DNA of 64,000 bases. Origin: Raillietiella orientalis. Its lineage: Eukaryota. The translations under genes and the position numbers were made by a program. This document shows, piece by piece, positions 36,481-50,800 of the stretch (positions are counted from its first letter, which is position 1; every line of letters starts with the position of its first letter). The stretch lies in assembly GCA_036172245.1 (NCBI GenBank), contig JAYWIR010000022.1, forward strand, positions 1,860,001-1,924,000. The letters are read 5' to 3'. The notes beneath the pieces are model-generated. The model was not told where the DNA came from. It saw nothing but the letters and a program-made list of their open reading frames with translations, and did no database searches.

Positions 36481-36899
36481 GATTGCCCAACAGAACATTC
36501 TTCGGGAAATGCACTGAAGGTCTACTTCTGGATTTCTTTGAGTGACTCCGACATTAGGGTTTCATCACTGTAAAGGATAAAAACTTCTCATCCATTATGT
36601 GAATTCGACCTAAATATAGATCTCAAGCAAGAGGAGTTGATAGGCCAGCATCCCATTGCTAGTTGGCACTTCCAGGAATTTCGGATCCAGTGATGATGCA
36701 GCTAAAAAATTGTCATTCACGAAATTCGAAGTGCGTTTCCAGGTACTAGAAACTGTTCCCACGTCATCCTAATGGTTAAATTCTTTTGGAGTTGACCCGA
36801 ACAACGAACTCGTTTCTCAGGGGCATCAGAAAGGATTTGTTCCTTTTCGAGAGCGAATAGCGGACGAATGCCCACTTTAACCGATGATGACTTCAAATA

Positions 36900-38050
36900 A
36901 GGGATGAAGCATGATGGATTGCCGTGGGCGAAGGACCTGCATTTTGCTCAATTCGTTGACTCACCTTCGAAATGAAAAGCGCAGTAACACAGATGGGCAT
37001 GAGCATCATGTGCTTCGTGGACATCGGGCACAATTGACATCAGCAAGAAAAGGATGTGTTTTGATGGATGAACAAATCTGCGTCTCATTGCTCCAGTTGG
37101 ACAGTTCTCTCTTTTTGCGGCTGCGGATGATAAATGTCTTGGCAGAAAGCCTTCTCTTGACAGATGCCTTAAATAGTGTCAAACCAGAAGTCCTAGCCTG
37201 ACATCATGATATCATCTCATGAGCGGATCCCACGTATTTTCTCGTGAAAGAGCATAAGCTGCAAAATGGACCACTCCCATAGTGATAACACGTTCGAGCA
37301 CCTGAAATCGAGGATGTCTGCCTATTCGGCAGTGATTTTCGCTCATAGGTTCGGAAATGCAAAACATCAATTCAGAAAGCACAGTGAACTTGAGCCCGTG
37401 GGTCCCGGAGCAGCCCTTCCTCCTAGCAATTGCTGCTTTTTCCGGTCAGCTTGTTCCGTGTGTGCCGCGGGAATCGAAGCTGGAGAGGCAGTACTGTTGT
37501 TTCCTCAACAAGTTTGGGTGCGGCTAGAACTGGATGTGATGAAGGCTACTTATGAAACGAATGCCCAGTTGGTGATGGCAAGCGTTTTTCCCCGAAAATC
37601 GGGATGAGAGAAATGGGTGACGATCGACACCAGGAGACGCACATCGAGCAAAATGCAGTGCACGATGATGAACAGAAAGACAAAGGTTTTCCTGAGTAGG
37701 CACCAGAAGCCACGTAGATCCAAGATTGAGAGTTACGGATGTATGGAGCAGAGCACATTCTACCACCCGAAAGTCAACTCTCCATTCTCCACAAACCATC
37801 CTTTCTAGAGGCTTGCAGCACTTCAGAGATGATGCCTGCTCGAAGGGCCTTATTAATAATCAGAAAGGGCGAGCTCGTATTCCAAAGCTTGCTCCGAGGA
37901 TGCCATGGCAACTTGGCTCGACGAGTGGATGACGGAAAGCAGCAGTTATGATAGTCTGCGAAGGAATCACGATTGAAGGCATCAAGGAGATGGACTCTCT
38001 GGAATACCTAGTGCTAGCCAACGGACAGAATAAAGTACGGTAATTCATAG
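36900..38050 (+). mobile_element. Decayed Ty3/gypsy RT/RNase H/integrase relic
   Basis: NTFEHLKSRMSAYSAVIFA (cf. AFEKLKxxLxSAPVLA), VGPGAAL (cf. GLGAVL), VFLSR (cf. ADxLSR), PRMPWQ...EYLVLAN. Confidence 0.45.
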
Positions 38051-40129
38051 GCGAACCTTTCAATGCCAGTTTTTACTTTGAGGTCCACGGTAAAGAATTT
38101 CCCTCGTCTAGCTTACTTTTGCGACAGTAGACTTTTTTCCGTCTTGGAGCTCTTCTTTCAGACATCTCTGCAGAGAGTTGCAAATCTTTCCAGTCTCCAA
38201 ATCAGTGGCTTTAAGCTGACACCTGAGAGGGTTTGTGGCTTATCTTGCGGCGATCTCAGGCGAAGAAAGCCCATATGGAATTCTGTCCAGAACGAGAAAT
38301 CGATGTTTCTGGTTAGTTTAATTGGTCACTCAGCAGGAGGGGAAGCGAAACCCATGTGTTGTTTGTCTTTGTCAATCTACGGTCCTTGTGTGCAAGTTCC
38401 GAAGAGTGCGTGTGATTTCCAAACACACTTGCCATACCGTTCAAATTGCCGAATCCATGATTGGACTCTCATATGCCCTCATCAGTTTACCATGTTTTCT
38501 AGGCGGACAAACAAAAAAAAAAAGAAAAAAGAGCTGACCAACTGGGTGCTTTCGCCTGGTCGAACATTCAGATATTTACGAATCTCTGCCAAAACTTCCA
38601 CTGACAAATAGCCCCACGGAAACGACTACAGGTTCGATTGCTGTTCCCAAACCTGAGAGGAGGGGGGTGAAGTTGGCTCTCCGAAAGGGTTGTCGCTGCT
38701 GCTCTGCGTCATCTGTGGACGGTTTTCCAGCATCGTCCTCGACCGCGTTGCAGTGATGCAGCTGGTTGCAACAGGAACCAAAAGATCACAAGCTTCTGTA
38801 CAAAAACAAAATTTGGACTCGACTGATGGCACAAATCCTCGCATCTTGTATTGAGACTGCGTGCCTGATTGAACAGGGAATGAAGAAGGCATTTCAAACA
38901 CGCACTCTCGAAGACGAAGGTACTTCACAGCCAAGAAATGAAGGATAGTCTGTTAAGATACGACTTTCATCAGAAACCGTTTTCGCGAGACATTTCTGGT
39001 AGGCAAGTGGCAAGTACTTCCTTGTTCTTGGACAGCTCAGTTGGAACTTCAGAAAAACCTGCTAATTGCTATTAGAAAGATGATAGATCGCCAGGCGAAG
39101 TTGCAAGGTCTTCAAGGCTTTTTTCAACACAAGATGAAGAGCGAGTGAATAATGAGTCGGAAGACCCTGGAAACAATTCCATACCTTTAGAGAGAGCGAA
39201 ACCAAAAAGAATATATTATGGACTTTTGGATAGGTAGACTGACTTGAGACCTGAATGCTGGGATTTATTAAGCTGAGTACCCGATAGAGGAGTGACTTCA
39301 AGAGAGTTCGAAACTTAGCAAGGAGGAAGATTTAGGACACGCAAAAAACCTTACCCTATTTAGAAATGAGCCCACACGGAAGTATGGCTATCACATGAGT
39401 ATTTATAGACTGGCAAGTCTTGCGTTTGGGAAGCAATTCCCACTGTATGTATTTTTTCTGTTTTCCATCTTCAGAAATCGAAAGGAATTTAGCATATCAA
39501 AAGAGCAAAAAATAGAGATCATAACATGTTTGCAAGAAAGACCTACACAATGGAGTTGTCCAGTTTTCGACATCATCAACTAGCCTATTTATTTAGGTTG
39601 TCATTCTCTCGTTCCCTCTTGCAATAGTTGGTGCAAAGGTCATTCAGAATGACATCAATCCCAATCGGTTGTGGCGTGAAAACTTGCAATCCTCGAAGGT
39701 TGCGAGAAGGGAATTAGCAGCAAGATAAGATAATCGCATTATCGAGTAGGTAGGTGAGCATTGACTTGTATGCTTGTCGGTAGGGGTACGCGAATGTACG
39801 AGTAAAGCAGCGTACGGGCTGCCAAGTCAGTACACAGAACCCACCATATGTTACTTGAAAGAAGCAAGAAGTCCAGAAGAATACATTTCTATCTGAACAG
39901 ATGCGGAAAGAAAATTTCAAGACTAAGAGAGAATCTAAGAATTCTAGGGTAAGCCTGCTGGTTCCATAATATATCTAGTCCCATCCATACCCCAATGGAA
40001 ACTGCATCCAGAGTAAAAATTTACATACACATGGATTGCCAATTCATTCATTCTCTACTTCTTTTGTTTGCCATGGTAAAGCCTTGAAGGCAAAAGCTGA
40101 AAATAAGGGAGAGATAGGGAAAGAGAGAT

Positions 40130-40590
40130 GCTTTGTCATGCATGTATCCTCCAGAACATCGGAATCGTGACAAATGTCTTTTGCCAAGGAAGAATCTGAT
40201 TCGGAAAGGGCTGGCTGAAAGACGTGGAAATACTAAAAGAGGAATGATGAATCAGCGCTCTCCTTTCTACTCCTTTACTTAGGAACAAATCATCCTCAGG
40301 AATCCAACATAATTTCTTTACCACATAATTTCTTTCATACTCTTTTACTCTTAGACAAACCATGTGCTTCATCGAATGCCTTTGTACTATCGATTCCCTT
40401 GCCACCAGCTCTGTGGCTTAGCACGAGATTTCGATTTTGTAAATTGAATATTTATGAAGACTCGCTTTAATTCACAATGAATCCTCAACCGCCAAGAAGT
40501 CCTCGTATGCCTTGCCTCCTGGACCAAAGATAATTGAGCACTGATGCCAGATGCCATTTGTGTAATCTTTCTCCAAATAATAATCAATTA
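40130..40590 (-). mobile_element. Decayed gypsy integrase Zn-finger relic
   Basis: AQLSLVQE...RLRIHCELKRVFI, HMVCLRVKEYERNYV...WIP, SQPFPNQILPWQK (cf. LQPxxxPxxPWQK). Confidence 0.45.
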
Positions 40591-41699
40591 GCTATGAATG
40601 CAGCGTGATTCCCCTTATTACACTGAGAACACTAAGATGAAAGCTTCACATCGTGGTGAATATGAAAATCAAATGGCATGCTTTTCAGGTATAATGATAA
40701 GCGTCATCTTCATATTCATGACTCTTAATTTAATTTTGCAGCGCGCTCAAAAACGCTCGTGTCCTCGTCCACTGCTGGAAACAAATCCTTCCTATTTTTA
40801 AGCACTCCTGGATCCCTCTAGTTTTGCCTTGGTCGTCCAAGCAGAACTTTTCATCTCAGCTTGTTTTTACCCAAGGATACGTCTTTATCACCTGGCTGCG
40901 GGCAGCCTGCCTGGAGCTCTTCCCTCTTTTGTGCTCATTTCCAATCGGACCAGATGCATAGCAAAGCTGTAGTTTTTTTTAAAACGACGTTGCTGTTCTT
41001 TCCTCTTGTTTTTTGAGAAAACACCTCGAGGGAACAGAGCAAGCCCAGTTCAAAATGCAAGCAGAGATGCTCTCGTTGTTTTCAGGGAACCTCGCCTTTA
41101 CCTAGTTTGGCACTCGTGGGTTTTCGCACCATGAGGCGGAACGGTAACCCAGAAATTTTTCTCCTGATCGAAACCATCCACTGTTCGTGCCTTGGACAGG
41201 GGTGCTGAACTTCTTGCCGCAATGTTATTCATTCCGGTTCTCCTAACTGGAAGTAGATAAGGAGGTTCATTGCCTGCTGGTGTCATGCTTTCATGCTGTT
41301 TCGAGTGCAAACCCTGCTTCCCTGCCTGCAACACCATCGATGATCCGAGGAAGCAATCGAAGCCATAAGTGCGGGGGAATGAGACCTCTCTTCCTCGTTT
41401 CGTTCAAACTTGTCGCGCATCGTATAAATGTTGAACAAACATTTGGGATGAATGGAGATTTCAGATGAAACATCACGTGGAGCCGAAAGCCAGCACCACG
41501 GTACCGTAAACTGGAGCACACACGCAAAAAAAATATGAATTTCCATATCTCAACAGCACTGGAATTTCGAGAGCCGGACGGACCAATGTCTCAGGCATCT
41601 GCAATGACCAGTGCCTTAGTTTCCACAAAGAGCATTAATCTTTCCATTGAAAATTCGTGTTGCCTTTGACCATTGCAATTATTTCGGGACACTTCAATG

Positions 41700-42300
41700 A
41701 CTTTTCGAAAAGATAAATTATAAGAAATTTTCATTGACCTATAAGTAGGACTGGATCAAAATTACTGACTCTTGTTTACGTTCTTACAAAAGTTAGCACG
41801 ATTTTTGTTCCTCTGAAGAATATCCAATCGAAATAATTAATTGTTCCTTAGAAAAAGGTTACAAAAACGGCGTTTCCAATTCGTTTCGTGACTTCAGAAA
41901 CCTTCAAGAAGCGTTTGATTCCACAAGTATGTTGAGAATGCACATGTAATGAATGTTTATGTTGGCCGTGATGCCTATTCAAGAAGTAACTGCAGTGCCA
42001 TTTTGTTTTTACAGCACACGCATGCGGAGAAGCTGATTAGCTCGCATCAGCCATTGTATTCAACCGCATGTATCGGTTACTCTCTCTAAGGAGAGTCCGA
42101 GGAATCATTTTTCATGAGAATGTCCATTTAATATGGAGGGAATCAGATTAAACTTCTCAAAAGACGATCGAATTCACTCTGCAGCTTCATTTATCTGCTC
42201 ATCGATATGAGCTCTTAGCCAATAACCAAATGAACTTTTCCACTTATGCCAAGATAGAGAGATCTTTAGCGTGTTCAACTGAGCTAATTCCAACACTCCA
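41700..42300 (+). mobile_element. Possible LINE RT relic
   Basis: RDFRNLQEAFDS (cf. DFxKAFDS) with weak flanking motif remnants. Confidence 0.25.
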
Positions 42301-44149
42301 TTAGGTTGATTTCCGTATCCGAAAAGCTTGTGATGCTTCACGTGCTCATCTCGAGTGCATCAGCGGCACAGTTTCGAGAACCAGAACGTGCCAGCGATCT
42401 CTTCAAACATGCAGCAGCTTGCGATGGCACCCGCGACCGGAATTCCCTGCGCTATCTCGAGAAAGCAGCGAGCTTTCAAGAGTCAAGATCTCCTGGCAGC
42501 GACCCCAGCAGCCGAGTTGTGAGAACTCGACCAGAATGCCCGCTGCGAACGGGTTCAACGACTTCGTTTGCAGTCAATTACTCGATGCAGGTTTGGGACA
42601 AGGGGACAAGGCTTTAAGAGGGGGAAAAACCATTACAGGCGATGAAGTTGCAACTGGTGCACCAGATCAAAAGACTGGATTCCATTGTGACCACAAGTCC
42701 TGATCATTGTGACGGCGTCTTTCGGATGAAGGTGCTCGCAGCGGACGTGCATTCATGAATGCATAGCTGAAATTCGTGGAAGGGGAATAGATTTTTGGCA
42801 AATGAAGGCAGACAGTAGGAGTGTGGGTCGAGCAGACGCTGAGCGAATGGCCCCCCGTCTCCTAGTGAAAAGAAGCCAACGGCAGTTCGGTCGCCACCGC
42901 AGGGGTCAGGTCCTCACAACTGCCTGCTAGCAGCTGGAAAATTGCTGTGACCGAATGGGCTTTCAGCATAGGCGGGTCGCTGAAGACTTGGAACCACAGG
43001 TTACCCGAACGAATCCATCCAGAGCACCTGAAAGAGTGAAGGGAACAGTTTCAAGATCGCAAACGCCAGAGAAAAGAACTTTGCAAGGAGGATGGAGGCG
43101 GATGCTTGGAAACTCTTGGCGCGCTATTGTAACAGGAATGGGAGGGAGGAGGGGGTACTGTCCTGGGACGAGGTAGTGTTTTCTTGGACATTTCCACTGT
43201 GGAAAGCACCATTGCAAGCATTAGTTGGAACAGAGCCACTTCGACGCATTGAGTTTTCCACCGAGTGGCAGATAATGAACGATGGGAGTGACTCATTGGG
43301 AAGAGCACATCTGTGAAGACTCACTGTCCTGCTTATTCGAGGTCCTTACGCACTGCTGTCTTTGAAAATTCGCAAGCCATGTAAGAGGTGCGAAGTGTTG
43401 GTACATTAAAGGTTTGAGGTGTGGGGGAAACAAATCCGTAACATCGTTTTACAGTAGCTAATTTATATGTGCACGATAAATATTTGATGAAATTAGTTAC
43501 AAACAGTCAAACAATATATAAATACATCATTCAGTATGAATATGCTAAATACGTTATTCAGTCAAACGTTACATCCAAAGTTCCATGTAATCTATATAGT
43601 GTACCCTGGGAAGAGAATTTTAGAAGTGCTTTTATTTATGAGTACCATGAGCGTATAAATATTAATAAATACATTATATCCTATAATATCGTAATAAGTA
43701 AAACAATGTACTTCACGAAAATCATCAAAAAATTACATGATGAGAATAAAAACAAGTTCATTTGCATTTTTTGATGATCACAGGTGTACATTACTGGATG
43801 CAGGATTTTATCCAACGGCAATCTGCACTGATGCCGGAATACAGATAGTCCATCGATCGATTCAGCAGCATCGCTGCCTTCAAGGTCGTCAAAATGTCTC
43901 CGAGAGCTTCATCTGTTCTACCAGATCAGCAAGCAAAACCAATTGCAAACTCCCCCTAAGAAAACTTCTTGGACAAGTACATGTGTGCTAGAAGGAAGGG
44001 AGCGCCGGCACTGCTCTTTCGTTGGTAGGGAACTTGAAAAATTCTGAAGGGGTGGTACCGACAGCCGTGACACCGAAAAGAACGGGAGATGCAGATAAGA
44101 TGCGGATGGAGGCTGGCAGGAAGATCGCAAAAATTCACTCTCTCAGCGG

Positions 44150-45400
44150 TGTGATGATCACAGGGATCCCACAGTGAGCGGTGCGTTTAATGAATGGGCG
44201 TGCAGCTCCAGTCTGGAAGCTTCAGAGCCGATAAGGAACTTTCCAGACGAGGGATCCTGTGCAACCCCACAACGGGTGCGAGCGTTCCCCGCAAAGGTTA
44301 AGTGGACGCGCGCGGCAGCTCGCTCCTTCGTTCCTGGCACTCTTCGAAACATCCTTGATGCATTCCAGGATTCTTTCGCACGCCACTATCTCGCAGAAAC
44401 AGCGTGCTGCCGCGATCGGGGTGAGTCTGACCGGCAATCACCGATCTGCAGACTGTGCTCGGGTCTGCGAATCGAAGAGATAAATACCTCGAGGTGTATA
44501 CCTTCAGGTTGTTCGATCCACAGCGAGGGCCAGCAATGTTAATAGGGATGGCCAACGAACGTGCCAACGAACAATGTAATTGCCTAGTAATGAAGATGGT
44601 TGCTCACTTTTGTGTTCGTAAAGTGAAGTGTCCTGAGGGAAATTCGCAAGGAGGTGCCCATCGTGAAGGTGAAAGAATTCGGATGAGTGGTGAATTATTT
44701 TGTAGATGACTAGGTTAAGTATGGGTGGTCAGTATGTTCGAGATGTTTTCGGTGCCCTCTACAGGAGGTCACCGACTTGTGACACCCGAGCCTGTGTTCC
44801 TCAGCACTTTGCACATCGAGTTTTCGGATGCAAGATAACATGGGGAAACTTCAGGATCTACGACCGCGAAGGTCATCGGCAACTGCTAGCACGAGATCGT
44901 TCTGTGCTCAACTTACCAGTTTTTCACATCTTCGCGCCATCCATTACGTTCGATGGATACCTGGTGATACCTAGGTGTTTCACCCAAACCAACCCAAAGT
45001 CACCTCTTTGGGAAAGACAAAAGGAATTTCAAGAGTGATTCCCGACTTCTCATTCAGCTGTCCTAAGGAAATGACAGACACGGGAAAGATCGACTATGGC
45101 ATCACACTCTCCTTCCATCAGTGCAGCTTCGTGAAAGGAAGCTCCGTAAGGTCACTTTCTGCTGACCAGTTTCCAGCCGCTTCCCTTTCCACTTTTAGAT
45201 TGAATGCCAGAAGAAATACTCGTGTATCTGTGCTCCTCTCTCCATAAATCTTCCTGCCCCGCCTTCGCGTTTCCACGGTTTCGCATTTGTTTTCAGGGAC
45301 AAATTCTCCGTTTGCAGCTCGCGTTCATGGGAATGTTCGATTCGCGGAAGATTCGACCAGAGGACCGTCTTCCGGGAAACAACCAGTCGTAAGCCAGGAG
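44150..45400 (+). mobile_element. Decayed Ty3/gypsy pol relic
   Basis: EPIRNFP...KVKWTRAAARSF (RT thumb/connection), then GALYRR...RACVPQHFAHRVF (integrase N-terminus). Confidence 0.45.
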
Positions 45401-46769
45401 TCTCCTGCTTGTTTTCCTTGGCAGCTATCGTGGTCGCTGAACAGAACCGGAAACAGGAACGAAAATAAACGACAGTAATCACTGATCAGCTTTCAGATCA
45501 GTAGGGAATGACTGGGATTTCGCAAATGCTGGGTTGGTTGTAAGAATCTCCGGTTCGAAGTGGCTGCGAAGCTGGATGCAGATATCCAGTGGAGTGCCGA
45601 CTGACAGCAGGGCGAAGCCGCCACATATCTCGTAGCCTTGCCGGCAAATAGGATTGCATTCGATGAGATGATGAGAGAGTTATTTTTTGGAAGCTGTCCA
45701 ATCCCCGTTTGCACCTGTATAAGCAATACGGGTTCAAACGGACAGCCCAGTCTCCGGGCATGCAGGTGCTCAAAACGAAAGCGGGGACTGCGAATAAAAA
45801 TGACATCGACTGATGTCTTTAATCTCATATTACGCCGTTGTCTTCTGTGTTTTTCTTTTTTTTAATTTTCTGTCGAAATTCTCAACACTAAAATGTGTAC
45901 ACGTACATGTTCGGTTGCAGTGTACTTGTTACGGTCAAGATACCACCTCTGCACGCTTCTGAAAGAAAGGATGCACCAATGTTTAATAGAACAAAAATGT
46001 CCTTTTGAGGAATATCATGGTTTCCCAAAACTCTACACTAATTTGCTCCTACAACCCAAAATTCGAAGAAATTGGTATCTGCATATATCTGTTTGTTAAA
46101 GCAGTTTTGTTTGGACGCACATGATGTTTAAGTAAAAGACTTCACCAGCCGTGAGAGATGATTCCTATAGAAACGCAAGAGGCAAATGGCATAAAAATTA
46201 GTATTTGTTAGAGTATGAAAAGGAACAGGATGCTTCAAAATTATCTAAGACTTTTCGGATGCCAGCCTTCCATATGTCAGCAACTCAAAAAAGTCAAATT
46301 TGACAGGGTGTTCTGTGAGAAACGGAATCATCCACTGCGGCGGCAGTTGACTTCCACCGCATGTCATGAAAGACCTTAAAGCAGAGAGCGGGTGATGAGA
46401 AACAGCAACCAGAGAGTCACACAGAGAGGACAGACAATGGAAAATTTTATCAGTAGATGATGAGGCACGTTCCCTATCAATTGCCCCCTCATTTTCATTT
46501 CACAATACAGAAGTTTCAGTCGATTCTCTGCATAAATTGAATGCCAGAATACGCTGCACAGCTTAACCCAGAGAAATGGCAACCTTGAAAATCCTGGCTA
46601 CTTGTTCCTGAGTTTTTGCACAAATATGTTTTCATCAGCACACTTGGAATGATCAAAGTGGCTATTATTATTACAAGCGAGATTGCGGTTTAGAAGATGA
46701 TTGGTAGCAGGCTGATTTGATCTTGCATTTTGCAATTGGAATGCTCATTGCATAAGTTACAGAACAAGC

Positions 46770-47550
46770 ATCAAGCGTTCCCAATCGAGCATCCAAAAGT
46801 CGTAGCGAATCGGAAGAGATGGCTCTTCTGGCGCTCCTCCTGTCCCGTGAGCAGTCGACCTTCCCTGGATCGGGAGTTCTCAGGAAAACCTCGTTTCACA
46901 ACGTCTTCCCAATCCCTTATACATCCTTCAATCGTACGCCTGTTCCGAATTTCCAGCTGCTTCTGCGTCGGATCACCGTTTGCCTCACAGTAGGAGAGGC
47001 TTGTGCTGCAGCACAAGCAATGGTGCCCATGTGATCTCGTCAAAACTAGGCGGGAAAAAGAAAAAAAAATGGACCTGTATCCGTCCACGGTCCATGGAAG
47101 TGCATGCAACGACGTGAGACTTGGATGCTCTGTTTCGAAGCTCTGGTGTCGAGCGTGGAAGTCCCTGTAAACATTATGCCCTTGTACAGTGTACACGTAG
47201 TGTAAACTATTTGTATTTTAAAGTGAGCAGTAACATGAGGAATGAAAAACCACCAGTGCTTTGGAATCCTTCGCAAACTCCCAAATGCTTTTGTGAAAGA
47301 GATTTTTTAAAGGTCTCCTGCGTACAGATCAACGAATGACCATGGCTGTATGAAACAGCTTAGGATTCCCCAAGGGTGGTACCTTCGGCTGCGATTGATT
47401 CACGATTCGTTCGAAACAGATTCGTGCTTTGGAAACTTCTTCCATGAAATCGGCGTGTTTCTCAGTCACATGCGGCTTCCACCCCACTCCACCCCACCCC
47501 AGCCAAACAATAGAATGCCTCAGTTGTGATGTTCCTGTCACCGAAATTTG
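46770..47550 (-). mobile_element. Decayed gypsy integrase core relic
   Basis: SQPKVPPLG, then STSLSYCEANG...RDWEDVV (cf. TTxYHPQANG...DWxxxL). Confidence 0.45.
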
Positions 47551-47799
47551 TCAGCCATTGCAAGTCGGTGGAATTATTAACGGCTGTGACCTTGCACTTT
47601 TCATCTCTGCCGGTCACTGATTCATTCATCTGGACAATCCGTCTCTGTGAAAAACACCATATGTTGCCATCTTTTTCTCTGGAGTCATTGGCACTGAGGT
47701 TTTCGGGCCTCTTTTCTACAGCGCTGGTGAGTAATCTTCTATTGTCGCCGTTGATTTCAGGATTGCTCATCTCGGAGGAGGGACTCGCTCTGGAGACTG

Positions 47800-48550
47800 A
47801 CTGCATGGAAGAGGAAGATCAGTGAAAGTGTTCCAAAGAAATGAAGATGGGAACCGAAGAGCACCGGCTTGAGAAAAGTGCAGCTATAGGATCGAAAACA
47901 AAGGTTGCATTTTGGTTTGTGTGGCAGCGCTAGAAGGTGTTTCAGAGGTAAAACACCGGAAAGTGCCGTGCTCTCCGAGAAAGGACAAAGATGGATGGCT
48001 GAGCTTACTGAGAGCTGGAAAGAATTGTTGGGAGTATGCGGACAAAAATCAAAGAGAGTCTTGTACCTTCGAGCCGACGTGATAAGCTCAATCTCATGGA
48101 ATGGACCAGAAAGATCAAATACAAGAGAGGCAGACCAACCATCATACTGTCAAACTGCGAGTGATTCAGGAACCGAGAGCTGTGTTTCCAATGGTTTTCA
48201 AACTGACAGTTTTGAACTAGAAGAACTTCTTTAAGGAATTTCGACAGGATTCTGCGAAAATCCTGCTTTGTGGAACGACTTCCGACGGAAGTAACCATTC
48301 CCCTACAAAACCATTTCAGGATTAAAGGGAAAAAGAACCTTTCGAGGATGCAAATTTTTAGAGTCAAGGGATACCAGAAAATCTAAGAGGCCTGTGAACC
48401 AACGGAGGTGTGTCCAAGGGGGCTGAAGGACAGTGTCAGAGCTGTCTTCATTCAGAGATGCAAGCTTACTGCGAATTCTTACTCGCAGAAAGTCACTCCC
48501 GGAAACCGCTGCAGGAATCTCATCCTTCCTTGATTCCGACTCCCCTCTGA
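47800..48550 (+). mobile_element. Decayed Ty3/gypsy RT relic
   Basis: MEEEDQ*K (cf. MxxEDxxKTAF), HFGLCGSARRCFR (cf. PFGLCNAPATFQR), VLYLRADVISSISW (cf. VYLDDVIIFSxSW). Confidence 0.5.
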
Positions 48551-50449
48551 GGCTTTCACGGGAAGCGAAGTCTACCGCTGCTTCCTCTTTCAGTGGAAGA
48601 TGAGTTGCAGAAAAATTCCTCTGCTTATCTAAACGTCCACCAGTATCCCCAAGGGTGATTCACAGGAGATAGATCTGAGCTATTTTTCTTGTGGCGCCTT
48701 CTTCACCTTCTATCGTGATCTTCAGGATGATAAAGCATCACCAGAAGGCAAAATGTTACCTGTTCTGGAGTCTGAAAGCACTAGTTTCCTTCTCAGGACT
48801 GCTACTTGGGAAGCATTGAAGAACTTTTCTTTGCATCAAGAAACGCACTTTGCAATGGGCGTGCTGCACTCTTGTCTGGTTGTTTTCTCGTGAGACTCTT
48901 CACTTGTTTCATCAGCTCGTCACGTCCACGGATGCTGCCGGCATCTTCCTTACGTTAGTCCAGAGTGAAGATCGCAGTGTTTCCAGTGGTACACTGCCAT
49001 TAGCATTTCCAAGAGCCCTTTCTTCCTTTCTTCTTTAAACCTTCCTCCGATCCTCCAGTTCCAGATGAATTCGTCGCAGTTTTCATTAAGCATTGCAAGC
49101 TTGATGACCAACGTTTCCGTTTCCCTCCGCCTTAGAACATCTTGATATTTCTTCTTCCTTCTTCCACTCCCCCCGACAGCTCCAATGGGATATTTTTCCC
49201 TTCCTTTTACTCACTTTCTACAGCTTCAATCGTCGGACTTTTAGCACTTTCAGGGCTCTCTGCACCGGCTCCAGCAGTTGGCACAACGTGCTAGCAGTTT
49301 CCAGCTCTGGAGAGCCCACTCGGTTTCGAGGACGCCTAGGAGTTCGTTGTGTTTCCATCTGCAGCTTCTTGAACTTTTCCTTCTATTCTTCGCCACGTTT
49401 AGAGTAGGAGAAATGAATTGAACAACGGTTTCCTCGGCTTTGAGATGCTCTTGCGTGCTGGGCCTCTATATCAAAATACTTTGATATCAAGATACTTTGA
49501 AGAAATATTTTGCTTCGAGCTTCTCCAAACCCAGCCCTAGGATTGGAAACAGCCCTAGAGAACACACCCTATACTTTCATGCACTATATTAGCGACTCGT
49601 GGATTTCTCAGTAGCTTATAAAGCAGTGAAGAATTGGGTTAACGGGGTAACTCCATTCTGAAGAGATGTAGAGCTCGATTTCCACACCCAAAAAGCAAGA
49701 GCGAAATAAAAGACAAGGTAGAACCCAAGAATTTAGTACTCAGTGAGCTTCCAAAGTGTCTCTCATCTCAAAAGTAAATCATTTGTTTTTCGTATCCGTT
49801 ATTTTACAACCGTGTTGCATTTCTTTTTTAACCTATCTTTTATCCTTCAATCTTTTCCAGATCCTGATTTTTTGAATTCAGTTCTTCCTGCCTTTTTGTT
49901 TCTCTAAATGAAAATTCCTTCGAGTTGGTTCTTCAGCTGTTTTGAAACTGTAACAGTACGTTTCATTTTTTCAAGAGATAATAACAGGGGATTTAATGGT
50001 CACTCCAATTACATGACATTCACGTCAGACTATTGGACACCTGTACAGAGGTCCCTACGAAAAAATCAACAAGGAACTGGAGTTTGCAGCAGGATCCAAA
50101 CGTGAAAATATGAATCTTACCATAGTTGTCAGTTGAGGCAAACGAAGAGTCAGCGCCTACCTGAATGCAATGTGAGATTAGGAACTCATTACGACATAGC
50201 TAATGACTAGATTAATGAGTCCGAGAACCAATGTGCTTCCAGTTCACGTTAGGATGAAATGAATCCCCATATGGGTATGTTCGAGCTTGGAAAATCCTCC
50301 TTACGAAAAACCCGTCGGAATGGCACCCACAGGAGACAACGATAAATAGTTCTTTTCGCGAAGAGACACAGAATACTTCTCAAACAGTGTCGCAAATTCA
50401 CTGTCACCGATTTCCACGTCACGGAGTCTGCAACTCTCAGTTCATATTT

Positions 50450-50800
50450 CTCAAGATGATCTGCTCTCCGCTTTAAAGCATTTTTGTTGTGTGGCAAGTC
50501 CGTCATCCAGACCAGACCCAGTCCACGGAAGACATTCGCTCCGCGGAAGTAGAGCGTTGTCGCTTCTTTTCACGTGTACACGTGGATGTGTACGTATATG
50601 GAGCAGGTGCAGTGCTTCTGTGCTTTGACGTACAGCACAAAAGTTTTGGCAATGATCGCCTTGCGTTTTGGAGAAGCACGGTGCTGTGCATACCCATCTT
50701 CCGTTGCGAATTCTGGATTCAAGAACATCCCGGAGCTCGAACCATCAGTCCCCAAAACAGGATCGTAATGAACTTCCGGCAACAAAACGAAAATGAACGA
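50450..50800 (+). mobile_element. Decayed Ty3/gypsy RNase H relic
   Basis: VHVDVYVYGAGAVLL (cf. LHTDASxYGxGAVL), TYSTKVLAMIALRFG (cf. YSTxExExLA). Confidence 0.45.
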
